A stretch of DNA of 64,000 nt from a virus (taxonomy: Duplodnaviria > Caudoviricetes), in the IMG/VR virus record IMGVR_UViG_3300037454_000974, positions 1,688 to 65,687 of that record. One strand, 5' to 3'. The notes under the pieces are model-generated. The model searched no databases and was not told the DNA's origin. It was given only the letters and a program-made list of their open reading frames with translations. Each line of letters starts with the position of its first letter. Within the stretch, counting starts at the first letter, position 1. Positions 30,891-41,927 of this stretch are shown here, piece by piece. The position numbers and the translations under genes are program-made.

Positions 30891-33800
30891 TATCCTATTG
30901 TAATTTTATACGTGTTATTAACGGTAAACGGTGCATCAGGAATATAATAATAAACCTTATATTCTATTGGAGAATATCCATTAACACCCCCTACCATGCA
31001 TGTTGTCATTTCAAAATTATTTTTTAGGTCAGTGCTATTATAGTTAACATCAAGAACCTCAATTAAGGTTTTATTTGAAGGTATTGCAATAATCACTTCT
31101 TTATTAAGCGCTGCTATTGATATAGTAAAACTATTTTCTGCTTGCCCAATAGTGTTTGTTTTTATAAACTCTTCGGTAAAGCCCGTTTGAGGTTCATCAG
31201 CAAACGCTTTTGCGAAAGAACATCTGTATCCTGTAATACTACTTGAATAACCTTTTTTTGTTCCAGCAGAAATTCCGGATTGTGTTTTACTTGGGTTACC
31301 AAGATTAGTATATGGCGTTACGCCTGAACTATGTTTTATAGATACTGAAAAACGATAATTTGTATCATCAGTTACAACAAATTCACTAGTAATAGTTCTT
31401 GGGAATCCTGTTGTCACCTCTTCTTGTTGCACACCAGTGACATCTGGTCCGTATTGATAACTTCCATTATTAAATGTATATGATGTTTCCGTAACCCTTA
31501 ATATAGTACCAACTTCAAAAGGTTTAGCCAACTCATTGTTAACTTTTAATATTGCAGTAACTGACGGCTCTATTATTTCACCGTCTTTTTCTATATATTC
31601 TATTAAAGCATTTATATCCTCACGGTTAGTAGTAACATCACCTGAAAGATTTAAAATATAATTATTTACAGTTTCAGCAGAAGTTTCTAAATTAGTAATA
31701 CGTGTTGTTAAATCTCTAACTATGCCACTTTCAGTAAAATCACCTATTGCCTCTCTTAAATCAACAATCAACTGAGAAATTTCAGTTATACTGCTTAATG
31801 TACCTGCAGAAAAAACATCAAAAGCGTCTTTATCAAGTTTAGTTGCTACAAAATCTGCTAAATCATTAATTTCTTCTTCTATTTCTTCTCGTAATGCCTC
31901 TATTGTTTGATTAATATAAGCAGTTATACTTGATGTTTCCGAAGATATAGCATTATTAATAGCATATTTTATACCGGTTGCATAAAGTTTTCCGTTTCTA
32001 AATGTGAGAAAGCCTTCTCCACCGCCCCCATTACCAAGCGCGATTGAAATAATATGGTTTTGGATATTTATACCGTTTCCTTCTTCGTATTCACTGAATA
32101 AGTCTTCTACATTTATTTCAGTACTAGAACCGCCGTTCCAAGTAAGAATCAAAACCGGTTTTCCGTCAAGGCCGGGTTGTACGTCCACGTTTTCGAGGAA
32201 GCCTTTTTGAATAAAGACATTAGCATCAATATATGATACAACCTTGCGGTTATTACCAAGAAGTTCGATATGGTTGTTTTCTTTATTAAACTTAAGTGTT
32301 ATAAAAGATGACAAATAATTACACTCTTGTGATAAGAAATCATCATTAGGATCAAGGTTAAGAACTATTTTACGTCTTGTTTCTCCACTACCGTCATCGT
32401 AATTCTGTATCACTACGCCCCATTTAACTTCCTCACCATTTTCATGCGGAATACTCCTATCATCAATATAAAGCCATTTGGCGTAGTTTTTAACTGAATC
32501 AATTTTTTGATTTATTACTGAAAGTTTGGAATTGAATTTAGACGTAAGCCTATAATCTTCATTGATTCTTTCAGATTTTTCATCACTAATGCGTCTTTCA
32601 AGATTACGGTTTGTTTCGTCAATAGTTCTCTTTATTGAAGTTTCTTCAGATATACGTGCATTTTTTTCAGTGTTTAGAATATTTCTAACATCTTGTACCG
32701 CGCTTTGTCTTGCCGAAGTTTCTGCGTTTATTTTAGTATTAAGATTACCAACAGAACGTTCCCTACTGCTTTTTTCCTCAGCAATAACTTCATTTAAATG
32801 GGTTTCTCTCTCACCGATTTTCTCTAATAGAATTCTATCATTTTGAGCACGCTCATTTTTTTCGCATTCTAAATTGGATTCCGCCTCTTCTTTATCTATG
32901 CAGATTTGCGAAACTATTCCATTCATACGTTGGTTTTGCTCGTTATTAATGGAATATAATTCGTTTATGTGCGAATGAGCATAGTTATCGTTTTCAATAA
33001 TTTTTCTTCTTAAAGCCTCCTCATTCTCATCATGGCGGTCATTGCTTTCTGATAATTCATTACGAATAACGTTATTATCAGCAAGGAGTTCCTCTTTTGT
33101 CCTGTTTAATTCTCGTGCAACAGTATTTTTGGTATTACCTATGGTTGCAAGCGCTTCTCTTAAACGCCTGTCAAGATCTGAAATAGAATTTTGGACAATA
33201 CTATCTATACGAACATTAATATCATTAATGATATTGCGATATGTTGAAACAAATTGTTCAAGAGTTTCATTATATTCTCGCTCTATTTCAGTTATACGGC
33301 TATTAAGATTCCTATCAGCCGCTTCACGATTTGTTATTTCCCTTTCAATCTTACTATTGATATCACAAAGTCCGTCCTCGATGTTTTGATATAACTCTGA
33401 TAAACGATTTTTAATATTTTCATCATTAGTAAGATAAACATTAACAACAAAATCATAGAATTCACTTGTAAATGTCATAAAATCCTCAGTTAGCGCCGAT
33501 ATTTCGTCGTCATGAGAAATTATATCAAGGCTTTGTATCAGTTCGATACAGGCTTCTGTGAAGCCAGTTATAAGATAAGGTTCGCTTCCGTTAACGGTAA
33601 GGCACAAAGTTCCGCCACTTTCAGGGGTGAAAGTGGAACCTGAGAATGAAAATACTTGTGAAAAGTCAGTTCCCTCAATTTCTATTAATTCGCCGGAAAC
33701 GCGTTTTAATACTAATTTTTTGTTTTCCGGATTCCATATACCAGATTCTATATCACTACCACGAAGGAAATTGAAGTTTTTATCCAATTCGCCTCCGGTG

Positions 33801-33943
33801 AGACTACAGTTTTTTGTAACGTCGTTACCATATGTAGTATTGCTGCTATCGTAACGATTAGTCAGTTTAAAATATGTTATTCCTGATGCTAAAGCCATTG
33901 TTTTTACAAACTGTTTTAAGTATAAATACCTGTTTAGAAGCAA
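30890..33943 (-). CDS. Long tail fibre / coiled-coil structural protein (likely start ATG 33898)
   Basis: Long heptad coiled coil with E..AR repeats, beta-rich C-terminus; LTGGELDKNFNFL N-terminal motif; TATTTATA at 33921-33928 places the start downstream of it. Confidence 0.65.
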   Translation of the reverse strand: MLLNRYLYLKQFVKTMALASGITYFKLTNRYDSSNTTYGNDVTKNCSLTGGELDKNFNFLRGSDIESGIWNPENKKLVLKRVSGELIEIEGTDFSQVFSFSGSTFTPESGGTLCLTVNGSEPYLITGFTEACIELIQSLDIISHDDEISALTEDFMTFTSEFYDFVVNVYLTNDENIKNRLSELYQNIEDGLCDINSKIEREITNREAADRNLNSRITEIEREYNETLEQFVSTYRNIINDINVRIDSIVQNSISDLDRRLREALATIGNTKNTVARELNRTKEELLADNNVIRNELSESNDRHDENEEALRRKIIENDNYAHSHINELYSINNEQNQRMNGIVSQICIDKEEAESNLECEKNERAQNDRILLEKIGERETHLNEVIAEEKSSRERSVGNLNTKINAETSARQSAVQDVRNILNTEKNARISEETSIKRTIDETNRNLERRISDEKSERINEDYRLTSKFNSKLSVINQKIDSVKNYAKWLYIDDRSIPHENGEEVKWGVVIQNYDDGSGETRRKIVLNLDPNDDFLSQECNYLSSFITLKFNKENNHIELLGNNRKVVSYIDANVFIQKGFLENVDVQPGLDGKPVLILTWNGGSSTEINVEDLFSEYEEGNGINIQNHIISIALGNGGGGEGFLTFRNGKLYATGIKYAINNAISSETSSITAYINQTIEALREEIEEEINDLADFVATKLDKDAFDVFSAGTLSSITEISQLIVDLREAIGDFTESGIVRDLTTRITNLETSAETVNNYILNLSGDVTTNREDINALIEYIEKDGEIIEPSVTAILKVNNELAKPFEVGTILRVTETSYTFNNGSYQYGPDVTGVQQEEVTTGFPRTITSEFVVTDDTNYRFSVSIKHSSGVTPYTNLGNPSKTQSGISAGTKKGYSSSITGYRCSFAKAFADEPQTGFTEEFIKTNTIGQAENSFTISIAALNKEVIIAIPSNKTLIEVLDVNYNSTDLKNNFEMTTCMVGGVNGYSPIEYKVYYYIPDAPFTVNNTYKITIG

Positions 33944-33992
33944 AAAAAGCCCGCGAAAACCGCGGGCAAAGTGAAATTATTGTTTTGAAATT

Positions 33993-34871
33993 TTAGTCTT
34001 TTACCTCAGTATCACCAGTTGGTGGAACAAATAATGAATGAGAATATAATTTGTTCCAAATTTTAACTTTATAGTTAAAAGTAATTCCGTCAGTTTCGCC
34101 GTTGTCAATTTTAGTGAATTCATCAACCACAGCGTCAACTTCACCGTGCCTTTTTATATTCGAATATGCAATTGCACAAACCAAGGCATCACATGAGTCG
34201 TAATTTTCTTTTTTAAGTTCGCCTTTTTTATTATATAGCCATGGAATATTCGGGTATTTATCGCTTACGGCGTTCATCATGATTTGTTTCTTTTCACAAT
34301 CAAAAGAATAAGAGCCAAAAAGTACAAGTTTACTGTCTTTCAATGCCTTTTCTATGTGCTTTAATGGATATACTTCGCCGCGTTTGTTAAACTTTCTAAT
34401 TGTTAGAAGTTCAGGAAAAGACGCCATTCTAGCATCATAACTCGAAATATAGAAAGGTATAATCTTCAACGTTCGATAAATAGAATCTGAAAGCATACCG
34501 TTAAATTGCAACAATGTGGCAACGGTAGCAGCATTCGAACCGCCTGACGCATATGTCATAGGGGATTCAATAACACATTCTGTAATCTTTTTAAGCGGGC
34601 AATCAAGACTTTTTGTAATCTCGTCTATCTGAAGCAAAAAATCGTTTTCAAAAATTTCTTTTCTAAGGAAAAGTGCTTCAATTCCGGTTTTTCCTTTATC
34701 TATCTTTGGAGATACATGGGAAATAAATTCAATGACAGGTTCATTTTCACCGTCATCGTAAATAATAGCAATACCTATACAGGCAGTACTTATATCCAAA
34801 CCCAATATCAAACTAGGATATTTTTTTTCGGGCGTGCTGTTTTCTATAACTGTGTTTTTTTTCATAATCAT
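33993..34871 (-). CDS. RuvC-like Holliday junction resolvase
   Basis: ILGLDISTACIG, CVIESP, YDSCDALVCA catalytic acidic motifs. Confidence 0.75.
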   Translation of the reverse strand: MIMKKNTVIENSTPEKKYPSLILGLDISTACIGIAIIYDDGENEPVIEFISHVSPKIDKGKTGIEALFLRKEIFENDFLLQIDEITKSLDCPLKKITECVIESPMTYASGGSNAATVATLLQFNGMLSDSIYRTLKIIPFYISSYDARMASFPELLTIRKFNKRGEVYPLKHIEKALKDSKLVLFGSYSFDCEKKQIMMNAVSDKYPNIPWLYNKKGELKKENYDSCDALVCAIAYSNIKRHGEVDAVVDEFTKIDNGETDGITFNYKVKIWNKLYSHSLFVPPTGDTEVKD

Positions 34872-34937
34872 TTAAAAAATATTTTCAAAGAGAAATAAAT
34901 CAATAAAATTTTGTATATTTAGCAAAAGTGTTTTATT

Positions 34938-35297
34938 ATGGCAGATATAGATAAAAAATTATTGAAAGAAATAAAAGAATACTGCGAGTTAAACAAACTT
35001 AAAACCGATGCTTTTATAAATCATTTATTAAAGGATGCTTTTATGAAAGAAAAATATGGCGATAGGCCAATGGTTATTCAGGCGCCTTTTACACGGGTAA
35101 TCGAAGAACCAAAAGAAGAAGTTATTAGTGTACCATTTGTACAGTTTGCTGATGATGTCACTGCGCAAACCATTAGTAATTATGAATACACTTCTGCAAC
35201 TACTGCTGTTTATGAAGGAAAAGAAGTGCCTAAGGAATATTATGAAAATATAAAAGTTGAACCGAAAACAAACAAATCAAGAAAAAGAAAACTTTAA
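34938..35297 (+). CDS. Hypothetical protein (N-terminal ribbon-helix-helix-like segment)
   Basis: 119 aa; IDKKLLKEIKEYCELNKLKTDAFINHLL. Confidence 0.5.
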   Translation: MADIDKKLLKEIKEYCELNKLKTDAFINHLLKDAFMKEKYGDRPMVIQAPFTRVIEEPKEEVISVPFVQFADDVTAQTISNYEYTSATTAVYEGKEVPKEYYENIKVEPKTNKSRKRKL

Positions 35298-37687
35298 TGG
35301 ATACAAAAGTAAATTTAGGAAAAAACGCTCAAGTATGCGTTAAATGGAATGTACTCCCTGTTGACAGGACAGATGAAAAAGAGGAAATAATTAAAGCCAT
35401 GATTGCCGAGAAATACGGCATTAATAAGGCAAACGTAGAAGTTACGCCTGTTTATAGAAGTATGTCGGGTAATCAGGAAGACGTACTTGTTAACGAAGTG
35501 TCTCAGAATATACAGGATCCAATTTTTCAGCAGTCCTTATTTAAGCCATTCCTTGAAAGTAAAGGTATAGAAGATTATGATTACGATAAAATAATTGAAA
35601 TTGATAATTTAATCAACAGCACAATCAATTACGAACTGTACGACAAGCACAAGAAGTATACTTTTAAATGGATTAAGTGGTCTAATTTCATGTCGTATGG
35701 CCCTGATAACTATTTTGATTTTACAACCTTGAAAGATTTAGTACTGTTGTCGTCAATCCCCGCAAATCAAGGTGGAAAGACAACATTTTGCCTTGATCTT
35801 TTAAGGTTTTTACTTTTCGGCAAGGTTACATCTCGCGAAAACGATTGGACTTTAGCGAGAGTATTCAATGACCATATTCCTGAAGCTACAGAAGTGTTAG
35901 TTGAGGGTTGTATAATGATAGATGGAGTGGATTATGTCATTAAACGCGTTATTACACGTCCGACGCTTGCAAAGAGAACTAACAAAAGTAAGGTTACACA
36001 AAAACTTAACTATTATAAGTTGATCAACGGACAATATGTTGATTTAATTGATGAAGATGCAGAAAATCTTGAAGGCTCAACTAATACCGAAACTAATAAA
36101 TTAATAAAAGAAGCCATTGGTAATGAACGTGATTTTGATTTAATGATTTGCGTGAGTTCGGACAACCTTAAAGGATTAATTTCTTTAAAAGATACTGATA
36201 GGGGGCGCCTTATGGCAAGGTGGATAGGATTGCTTCCCGTTGAAGAAAAGGATAAAAATGCCCGTGAATGGTACAATAAAAAAGTTCAGCCAACATTGTT
36301 GCTTAACAAATATAACAAGATTGAACTTCAATCTGATGTAAAAGAATTGGGCGAATCTAACAAGGAATATCAAATTACGCTTAAAACCGCTGAAGAGAAA
36401 AAGAAAGAAAGTGAAAAGAAACTTGAAGAACTGAAACAAAACAAAGACGCCTTACTTCAGTCCAAACGACAGATAGACGCCTCTCTTACCAAAGTTGACA
36501 TAACTACGGTAAAACAGGAAAATGAAAGGCTCACTAATGAAGGTATTACTAAAAAAGCCAAAAATGAATCTGATAAAAAAGAATATGAAAGTATAAAAGA
36601 CGTTCAGTTCAATATGGCTGATTATGAAAATAAATTAGCAGAAGATAAACAGTTATCAATTGAACTTAATAACGATAGAAACGATTGTAAACGAATTAGA
36701 AACGAAATAGACGCTCTTAAAAAAGGCGAATTTTGTCCGACTTGCGGCGCCCGTCTAAAGGACGTTGACAACTCAGCAAAAATCAGCCAAAAAGAGAAAG
36801 AATTTAACGTTTTGGCCGAGAATGGTAAAAAGAAAAAAGAAAAATTAGAAGCCCTACAGAAGGAAATCGAAGAACTTAAGAAAATCAACGATGTTTATAA
36901 CAAAAAACTTAGATTAGAACTAATTATTGAAAAGAATAACGTTGATTTAGAGAATCTTAGAAATAAAATTAAAGATAATAAGCGCCTTATCGCCGATATT
37001 CAGGCTAATGAAGATGCTATTATTGCTAATAACAAGATTGATGCCGCCATTAATGTGGCAAAAGCAAATATTGCAGCTGAAGAACAAATCAGGGACACTC
37101 AGCAATCAAATATTGAGGCAATAAAGGCTCAAATAAAGACAAATGAGGAAAAGATAACAACAAGCGAAAAAATTATAGCCACAATAGAGAAGGAGGAGGA
37201 ACTTGTTAAGGCGTGGAAAATATATCTCGAGATTATCGGCAAAAATGGAATTTCCAAAATGGTTCTCAGAAATGCGTTGCCGCTTATCAACAGCGAACTT
37301 AGGCGCCTACTTAATGGTGTATGTAATTTTAGCGTTGAAGTTGGTATTGATGACAGTAATGACGTTATGTTTTATGAAATACTTGATGGCGTAAAGCGCA
37401 GCCTTGGCGCCGGATCAGGATTTGAACAAACAGCGGCAAGCCTTGCGTTGAGAAGCGTGCTTAGTGAAATTTCAACATTCAGTAAACCGTCATTTGTAAT
37501 CTTTGATGAAATACTTGGTGGTGTAGCTGATGAAAATTATGACAATATGAAACTGTTGTACGATAAAATTGCTAAAAATTATGCATTCGTATTACAAATA
37601 AGTCATTTAAAAGCCCTCTCCGACTGGCATAGTGCTAATATAATTGTGAAAAAAGAAAACAATATATCAAAAATTGAACGTGCTTGA
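35297..37687 (+). CDS. SbcC/Rad50/T4 gp46-like recombination ATPase
   Basis: WSNFMSYG, Walker A NQGGKTT, CPTCG zinc hook, GSGFEQ signature, IFDE, QISH. Confidence 0.9.
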   Translation: MDTKVNLGKNAQVCVKWNVLPVDRTDEKEEIIKAMIAEKYGINKANVEVTPVYRSMSGNQEDVLVNEVSQNIQDPIFQQSLFKPFLESKGIEDYDYDKIIEIDNLINSTINYELYDKHKKYTFKWIKWSNFMSYGPDNYFDFTTLKDLVLLSSIPANQGGKTTFCLDLLRFLLFGKVTSRENDWTLARVFNDHIPEATEVLVEGCIMIDGVDYVIKRVITRPTLAKRTNKSKVTQKLNYYKLINGQYVDLIDEDAENLEGSTNTETNKLIKEAIGNERDFDLMICVSSDNLKGLISLKDTDRGRLMARWIGLLPVEEKDKNAREWYNKKVQPTLLLNKYNKIELQSDVKELGESNKEYQITLKTAEEKKKESEKKLEELKQNKDALLQSKRQIDASLTKVDITTVKQENERLTNEGITKKAKNESDKKEYESIKDVQFNMADYENKLAEDKQLSIELNNDRNDCKRIRNEIDALKKGEFCPTCGARLKDVDNSAKISQKEKEFNVLAENGKKKKEKLEALQKEIEELKKINDVYNKKLRLELIIEKNNVDLENLRNKIKDNKRLIADIQANEDAIIANNKIDAAINVAKANIAAEEQIRDTQQSNIEAIKAQIKTNEEKITTSEKIIATIEKEEELVKAWKIYLEIIGKNGISKMVLRNALPLINSELRRLLNGVCNFSVEVGIDDSNDVMFYEILDGVKRSLGAGSGFEQTAASLALRSVLSEISTFSKPSFVIFDEILGGVADENYDNMKLLYDKIAKNYAFVLQISHLKALSDWHSANIIVKKENNISKIERA

Positions 37688-37739
37688 TTTAACGTTTTCT
37701 TAAGTGAGTGATAATATGATTGTTTAACCCTTTAAATTA

Positions 37740-38432
37740 ATGAAGAATGAACTTATTGACGAAGGAACACGTAGTTATTTCAATAACTTAAAAGACATTA
37801 AACCTTTGACAAAAAGAGAAGAACGAAAATTGATGCTTCGTTATAAAAATCAAAACGACATCAATGCGAGAAATAAACTTATTACATCGAATCTAAAATA
37901 TGCAAGCCAAATGGCGTCTGCGTATAGGGATATGGGAATAAGTTATAACGAGTTGATAGCCGAAGCAAATGACGGCTTAATCAAGGCAATAGATAAGTTT
38001 GACATCAGTCAGGATGTAAAACTGATCAGTTATGCAAAATGGTGGATACGGCAGGGAATAGAAAATGCAATAAAGATAAAAAACCGAATGCCTGAAAGCG
38101 ATTTACCAGAAGATAGAAGTTTATATTTCGAAGGCACCGACGGCGACGATAAAGAAGAAAGATTAGACGACGCTTTTGCGGTGGAAAACGCTAATGATGA
38201 CGACCGTGAAAAAAATGAATTTATCGAGAATCTTATGGAGGTATTAAGCCCAAGAGAGGCTGACATCATAAATTTGTATTACGGCAGACGCGGACAAAAA
38301 GCAAAAACCCTTGAAGAAATTGGAGAAAAATATAAGTTAACTAAAGAGAGGGTTCGTCAAATAATGGAAAAAGCCTTACTCAAAGTCAGAAGTAAATGTA
38401 TGCTTGTTGATAGCAAATATACTTCTAATTGA
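37740..38432 (+). CDS. Sigma70-family RNA polymerase sigma factor (phage copy 1)
   Basis: LITSNLKY, ELIAEANDGLIKAIDKFD...ISYAKWWIRQ (region 2); TLEEIGEKYKLTKERVRQI (region 4). Confidence 0.9.
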   Translation: MKNELIDEGTRSYFNNLKDIKPLTKREERKLMLRYKNQNDINARNKLITSNLKYASQMASAYRDMGISYNELIAEANDGLIKAIDKFDISQDVKLISYAKWWIRQGIENAIKIKNRMPESDLPEDRSLYFEGTDGDDKEERLDDAFAVENANDDDREKNEFIENLMEVLSPREADIINLYYGRRGQKAKTLEEIGEKYKLTKERVRQIMEKALLKVRSKCMLVDSKYTSN

Positions 38433-38463
38433 AAATAATAAACTATTTATATAAAAGAATTTT

Positions 38464-38991
38464 ATGGCAAAAGGAAAAAAGAAAGACGAGGCTGTAATAG
38501 AGGAGCCTCAGGTAAACACTGAAAATTTAACAGGAACCGACATGGGCTCAAATGGTGCTTTTGTTGGCGAACTCGGCGACGAGGGTAAGACAGATGCAGA
38601 GATTAATGAGCAGCCTACGGAAGAAACAACTGATGCTCCTGATGTTTCAACAGAAACGTCTGAAACACCAAACCCTGCAGAGACAGAACCCGAGGAAAGC
38701 AACGAGCAAGGACCAGATGTTAACCCGCCTTCGGAAGACGCAGACAGTGAAGCTTTGATTGAGAAAGCAGAGGAAACATTGAAGGGCGAGGAACAGTTAG
38801 AAGAAGCGTTAAAGAATAACGATACCGATGCCGCAAAAGAAATTCTTGAAACCGAACTTAAAAAGGCAGAAGAAATCAAGAATGAACTTAAATCCGACAT
38901 TGAAAAGAAAGAAGAGCAATTAAGAAAGAAAAAGTTCCGTCAAAATTTTGCCGGTTTTTGGAACGGCGTAAGTAGCGGTTGGGATTATTAA
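38464..38991 (+). CDS. Acidic hypothetical protein, probably late
   Basis: 175 aa; TATTTATA at 38444-38451. Confidence 0.6.
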   Translation: MAKGKKKDEAVIEEPQVNTENLTGTDMGSNGAFVGELGDEGKTDAEINEQPTEETTDAPDVSTETSETPNPAETEPEESNEQGPDVNPPSEDADSEALIEKAEETLKGEEQLEEALKNNDTDAAKEILETELKKAEEIKNELKSDIEKKEEQLRKKKFRQNFAGFWNGVSSGWDY

Positions 38992-38996
38992 ATATT

Positions 38997-39491
38997 ATGA
39001 AAGACAAGGATTATATTTTAACAAAACAGATGTTCGAAAACATCGAACGTCTCAGTAAAAAACCTCTTAGGGAAAGTGAGGAAGACAAAGAGTCTTCAAT
39101 AGCAATAACTAATGATCCAAGGTTTGGACAAAATGTACTTCAAAATCAAATTGAAGCCTTCCGTAAATCTGTAAGCGGCGGCGCCAAATTTGCTGATGAA
39201 AATAATGACGATGCTGAAAGCAATCCGTTGGTATTTTATCCTAAGAGCGGAAACCTTGTCTTCACAGGTAGTATTCCAAATCTTTCAGGATTAAGATTTC
39301 AATTTAGTCTTAATGACGTAACTAATGCGCCTTATATTTTTGTTGATGGTTTAGCACTTACAGAAGATGTTCTAATGATACTTCAGCGACTTTCGGGAAC
39401 GTATAAGAATTGGGTCGAAGAGTGGCAGGCTTCTACAGATTTGCTTGACAAGTTAAAGAAAGAAGAAAATAAAAAACCACGTTTTAACTAA
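38997..39491 (+). CDS. Hypothetical protein
   Basis: ORF, ATG at 38997. Confidence 0.6.
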   Translation: MKDKDYILTKQMFENIERLSKKPLRESEEDKESSIAITNDPRFGQNVLQNQIEAFRKSVSGGAKFADENNDDAESNPLVFYPKSGNLVFTGSIPNLSGLRFQFSLNDVTNAPYIFVDGLALTEDVLMILQRLSGTYKNWVEEWQASTDLLDKLKKEENKKPRFN

Positions 39492-39493
39492 CA

Positions 39494-39755
39494 ATGTAAA
39501 ACGCAACGAGATGCAAGATGGTTCCCAATACAAAACCTGGCATATCCTGATGAAAACAATGATTACTGTGTCGGTAAAAATGTTGGCGGATTTCAGCAAT
39601 TTCAGAAATATAAACATCTTGGGTATAAGATGCTAATAATATACGATAAAAGTAAATCGGTAAATGACGAGTTTAAACGAGTGTTTGTAATTGCAAGAAA
39701 TGGACATTTATTTTGGGAACTATATACCAGTTGTCCAAAACAAATATATGGATAA
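39494..39755 (+). pseudogene. Open frame of 87 codons lacking an in-frame start (ATG-T-AAA...)
   Basis: Frame 39492-39755 is stop-free; removing one T after ATG 39494 gives MKTQRDARWF...KQIYG. Confidence 0.45.
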
Positions 39756-39771
39756 TATCTGAATAGTCAAG

Positions 39772-39807
39772 AAAAAAGCCGTGGGTTAATGACTCACGGC
39801 TTTTTTT
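39772..39807. terminator. Bidirectional terminator
   Basis: aaaaaagccgtgggt...actcacggcttttttt. Confidence 0.75.
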
Positions 39808-39808
39808 A

Positions 39809-40786
39809 TTACTTATATCCATAAGAATTCATTATGTCATCCGGATAAACAGTATATAGTTCATTTGGAATGCCAAAAACTTTACAAATGCCATCGGAAA
39901 TCATCTTTCTATCATTCGGATTAGTGACATTATGATTGTTGAGTTCTTCTTCTAATGCATCATATATTTCGTCGCCATAATAACCTCGGTGTGCCATATC
40001 CTGATATATAAGCCATGCGATATTTATCCATTGAGGGATATCGCGTTTATTAGCGCTTCTTTTTGAGAATAAGTTACGAAAGAAATCTATTATCCTATTT
40101 TCCTTAAGTATTTCCTCCGTGATTGGTTTCTTTTGCTCATTGAGTATTTTCTTTATGCTCTCAGCTATCATTTGCCTGAGTTGCGTTTCATTGATTTTAA
40201 TTGATTTTTTATTCATAGTTTTCTTTTTATTTTCTTTTAAATGAAACGGCATCGTACCGTAATATTTTCCGCAGGCGGTACACTTGTATATCGGCTCGCC
40301 CTGTATAAATACTGCAACCTTACCGCCACAGTCGCAATGCTCGGGTACTACCTTACCTTCGTCGTTACGTACCACCTTTTTTGGCTTTTTACTTTCGTTC
40401 ATGTACTCTTTTTCAATAAGTTCTTCTACTTCGTTATAACTTAACACGCGGCGGCTGATGATCGGTGACTTATCCCATAAACAAAGGCAAAAAGAGTCAT
40501 TTTCTCCCGCCATAAAACCATAACAGTTATATCCGGCTGCTAACGCTTTCTGCGCTCCTTCTTCTGACGGGCCTTCATAATAATCCATTTCTCCATATTC
40601 GCCAAACTCGTCCATTTCGTCAAGCGACGCAAGATTAAGTTTGTTACCATCTATGACATATTCTTCAACGGTATCGCCATATTCTTTGGCATACTCAATA
40701 TCGTCAGTCAGCCATAGCAAATGTGTGCGTTGACTGCCGTATTCTTTCTGATAACCGCGATAGTATATTTCAGTGCCGTTTTGCAT
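39809..40786 (-). CDS. Multi-domain protein with N-terminal ADP-ribosyltransferase-like domain
   Basis: YYRG...LWLTDDIEYAKEYG..VEEYVID; CDCGGK..CTACG zinc ribbon; INETQLRQMIAE motif; TATTTATA at 40791-40798. Confidence 0.55.
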   Translation of the reverse strand: MQNGTEIYYRGYQKEYGSQRTHLLWLTDDIEYAKEYGDTVEEYVIDGNKLNLASLDEMDEFGEYGEMDYYEGPSEEGAQKALAAGYNCYGFMAGENDSFCLCLWDKSPIISRRVLSYNEVEELIEKEYMNESKKPKKVVRNDEGKVVPEHCDCGGKVAVFIQGEPIYKCTACGKYYGTMPFHLKENKKKTMNKKSIKINETQLRQMIAESIKKILNEQKKPITEEILKENRIIDFFRNLFSKRSANKRDIPQWINIAWLIYQDMAHRGYYGDEIYDALEEELNNHNVTNPNDRKMISDGICKVFGIPNELYTVYPDDIMNSYGYK

Positions 40787-40833
40787 ATAATATAAATACC
40801 TGTATTTTAAGCAAAAAATTGTATAATTGTAAT

Positions 40834-41184
40834 ATGGGAAGAAAAAAATATCCAAACACAGTACAGATTGCCCGCATTACCGATGATAGTGAGGGACAAT
40901 GCGTCGTTGATTTTATCAATGGTATTATTGAGAAGTACGAACTACGGAAAAAATATCCAGAAGTAGAAGTCAGATGGCGAGGAATAAATTACGACACCTC
41001 AAGTCCGCACGCCACCGACGATAAAATGGTTCAACTCGTTTGCCAAAACCGTCTTATCGCAATGGTATATATGCGCCGCGATGACTGGAACTATACCGAA
41101 TTAACTATGGTTTTTGTGGGCGATGCCCTCAAGGCGTGCGAAGATTTTGAAAAGAAACTTGGTTTATTCAAGAAAAAGTTCTAA
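40834..41184 (+). CDS. Hypothetical protein
   Basis: ORF from MGRKKYP. Confidence 0.6.
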   Translation: MGRKKYPNTVQIARITDDSEGQCVVDFINGIIEKYELRKKYPEVEVRWRGINYDTSSPHATDDKMVQLVCQNRLIAMVYMRRDDWNYTELTMVFVGDALKACEDFEKKLGLFKKKF

Positions 41185-41275
41185 CTTTGTAACATGAAAG
41201 ATATAAATGTATGGCTATGGATTATCATACTAAATATTGTCAAACGAATAATAGACGAAAAATATCCGATAGAAA

Positions 41276-41710
41276 ATGAGCAACGAGAACAACAATAAAA
41301 CAGAAGAAGGCGTATCACCAAAACTTCTTTCGCTAGCCAAACACATCTCTGATTGGTTAGACCAATATACTGACGAAGAGTTCGACAAAGGGCACGGCGT
41401 CAGTGTGCTTCTTATGGCATTTGATAAGGATGTTGAAAATAGCCGCCTACTTTATACACTCTACGACAAGGCTGACCCTCAGGGTGATATGATACGCGCT
41501 ATTGATCATGGCATTGCAGGTTTTCTGAAAAACGACGAAGACGATAATACCCGAGACACACGTACCGTTTTCAATGCAATTTCAGAATTTATGGCGCTTA
41601 TATTTGCTAAGTATCCCGCTGTGTACGAAAAATTTGATACTTATGTTCAACATTATCGACAGAATATGTATGATAGCGCAACAGAAGGAAAAACAGGGAT
41701 TATAATATAG
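41276..41710 (+). CDS. Hypothetical protein
   Basis: 144 aa ORF. Confidence 0.6.
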   Translation: MSNENNNKTEEGVSPKLLSLAKHISDWLDQYTDEEFDKGHGVSVLLMAFDKDVENSRLLYTLYDKADPQGDMIRAIDHGIAGFLKNDEDDNTRDTRTVFNAISEFMALIFAKYPAVYEKFDTYVQHYRQNMYDSATEGKTGIII

Positions 41711-41927
41711 AATACACTAACGGATTGAAATATGAAAAATAAGGATTTTTGTCCTGCGACCATAGAAAAGATTTTGAGTTTAAAAAAGCCATCCGAAGTT
41801 CGTGAACTGACGTGGCATTATGGAGCAGAAAGTATTGCTGATTTAGCGGTTAAACTTTCACAACGTACAGAGTTAGTATAACCAATATAAAGTAAATTTT
41901 AATGTATTCGGAGATACACTCACAGAT

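Noticed and set aside
33993-34871. RuvC protein as TnpB/Cas12-like guide nuclease for the repeats
   Set aside because: Compact resolvase-type RuvC without zinc finger or bridge-helix layout, located in the recombination module 14 kb from the repeats
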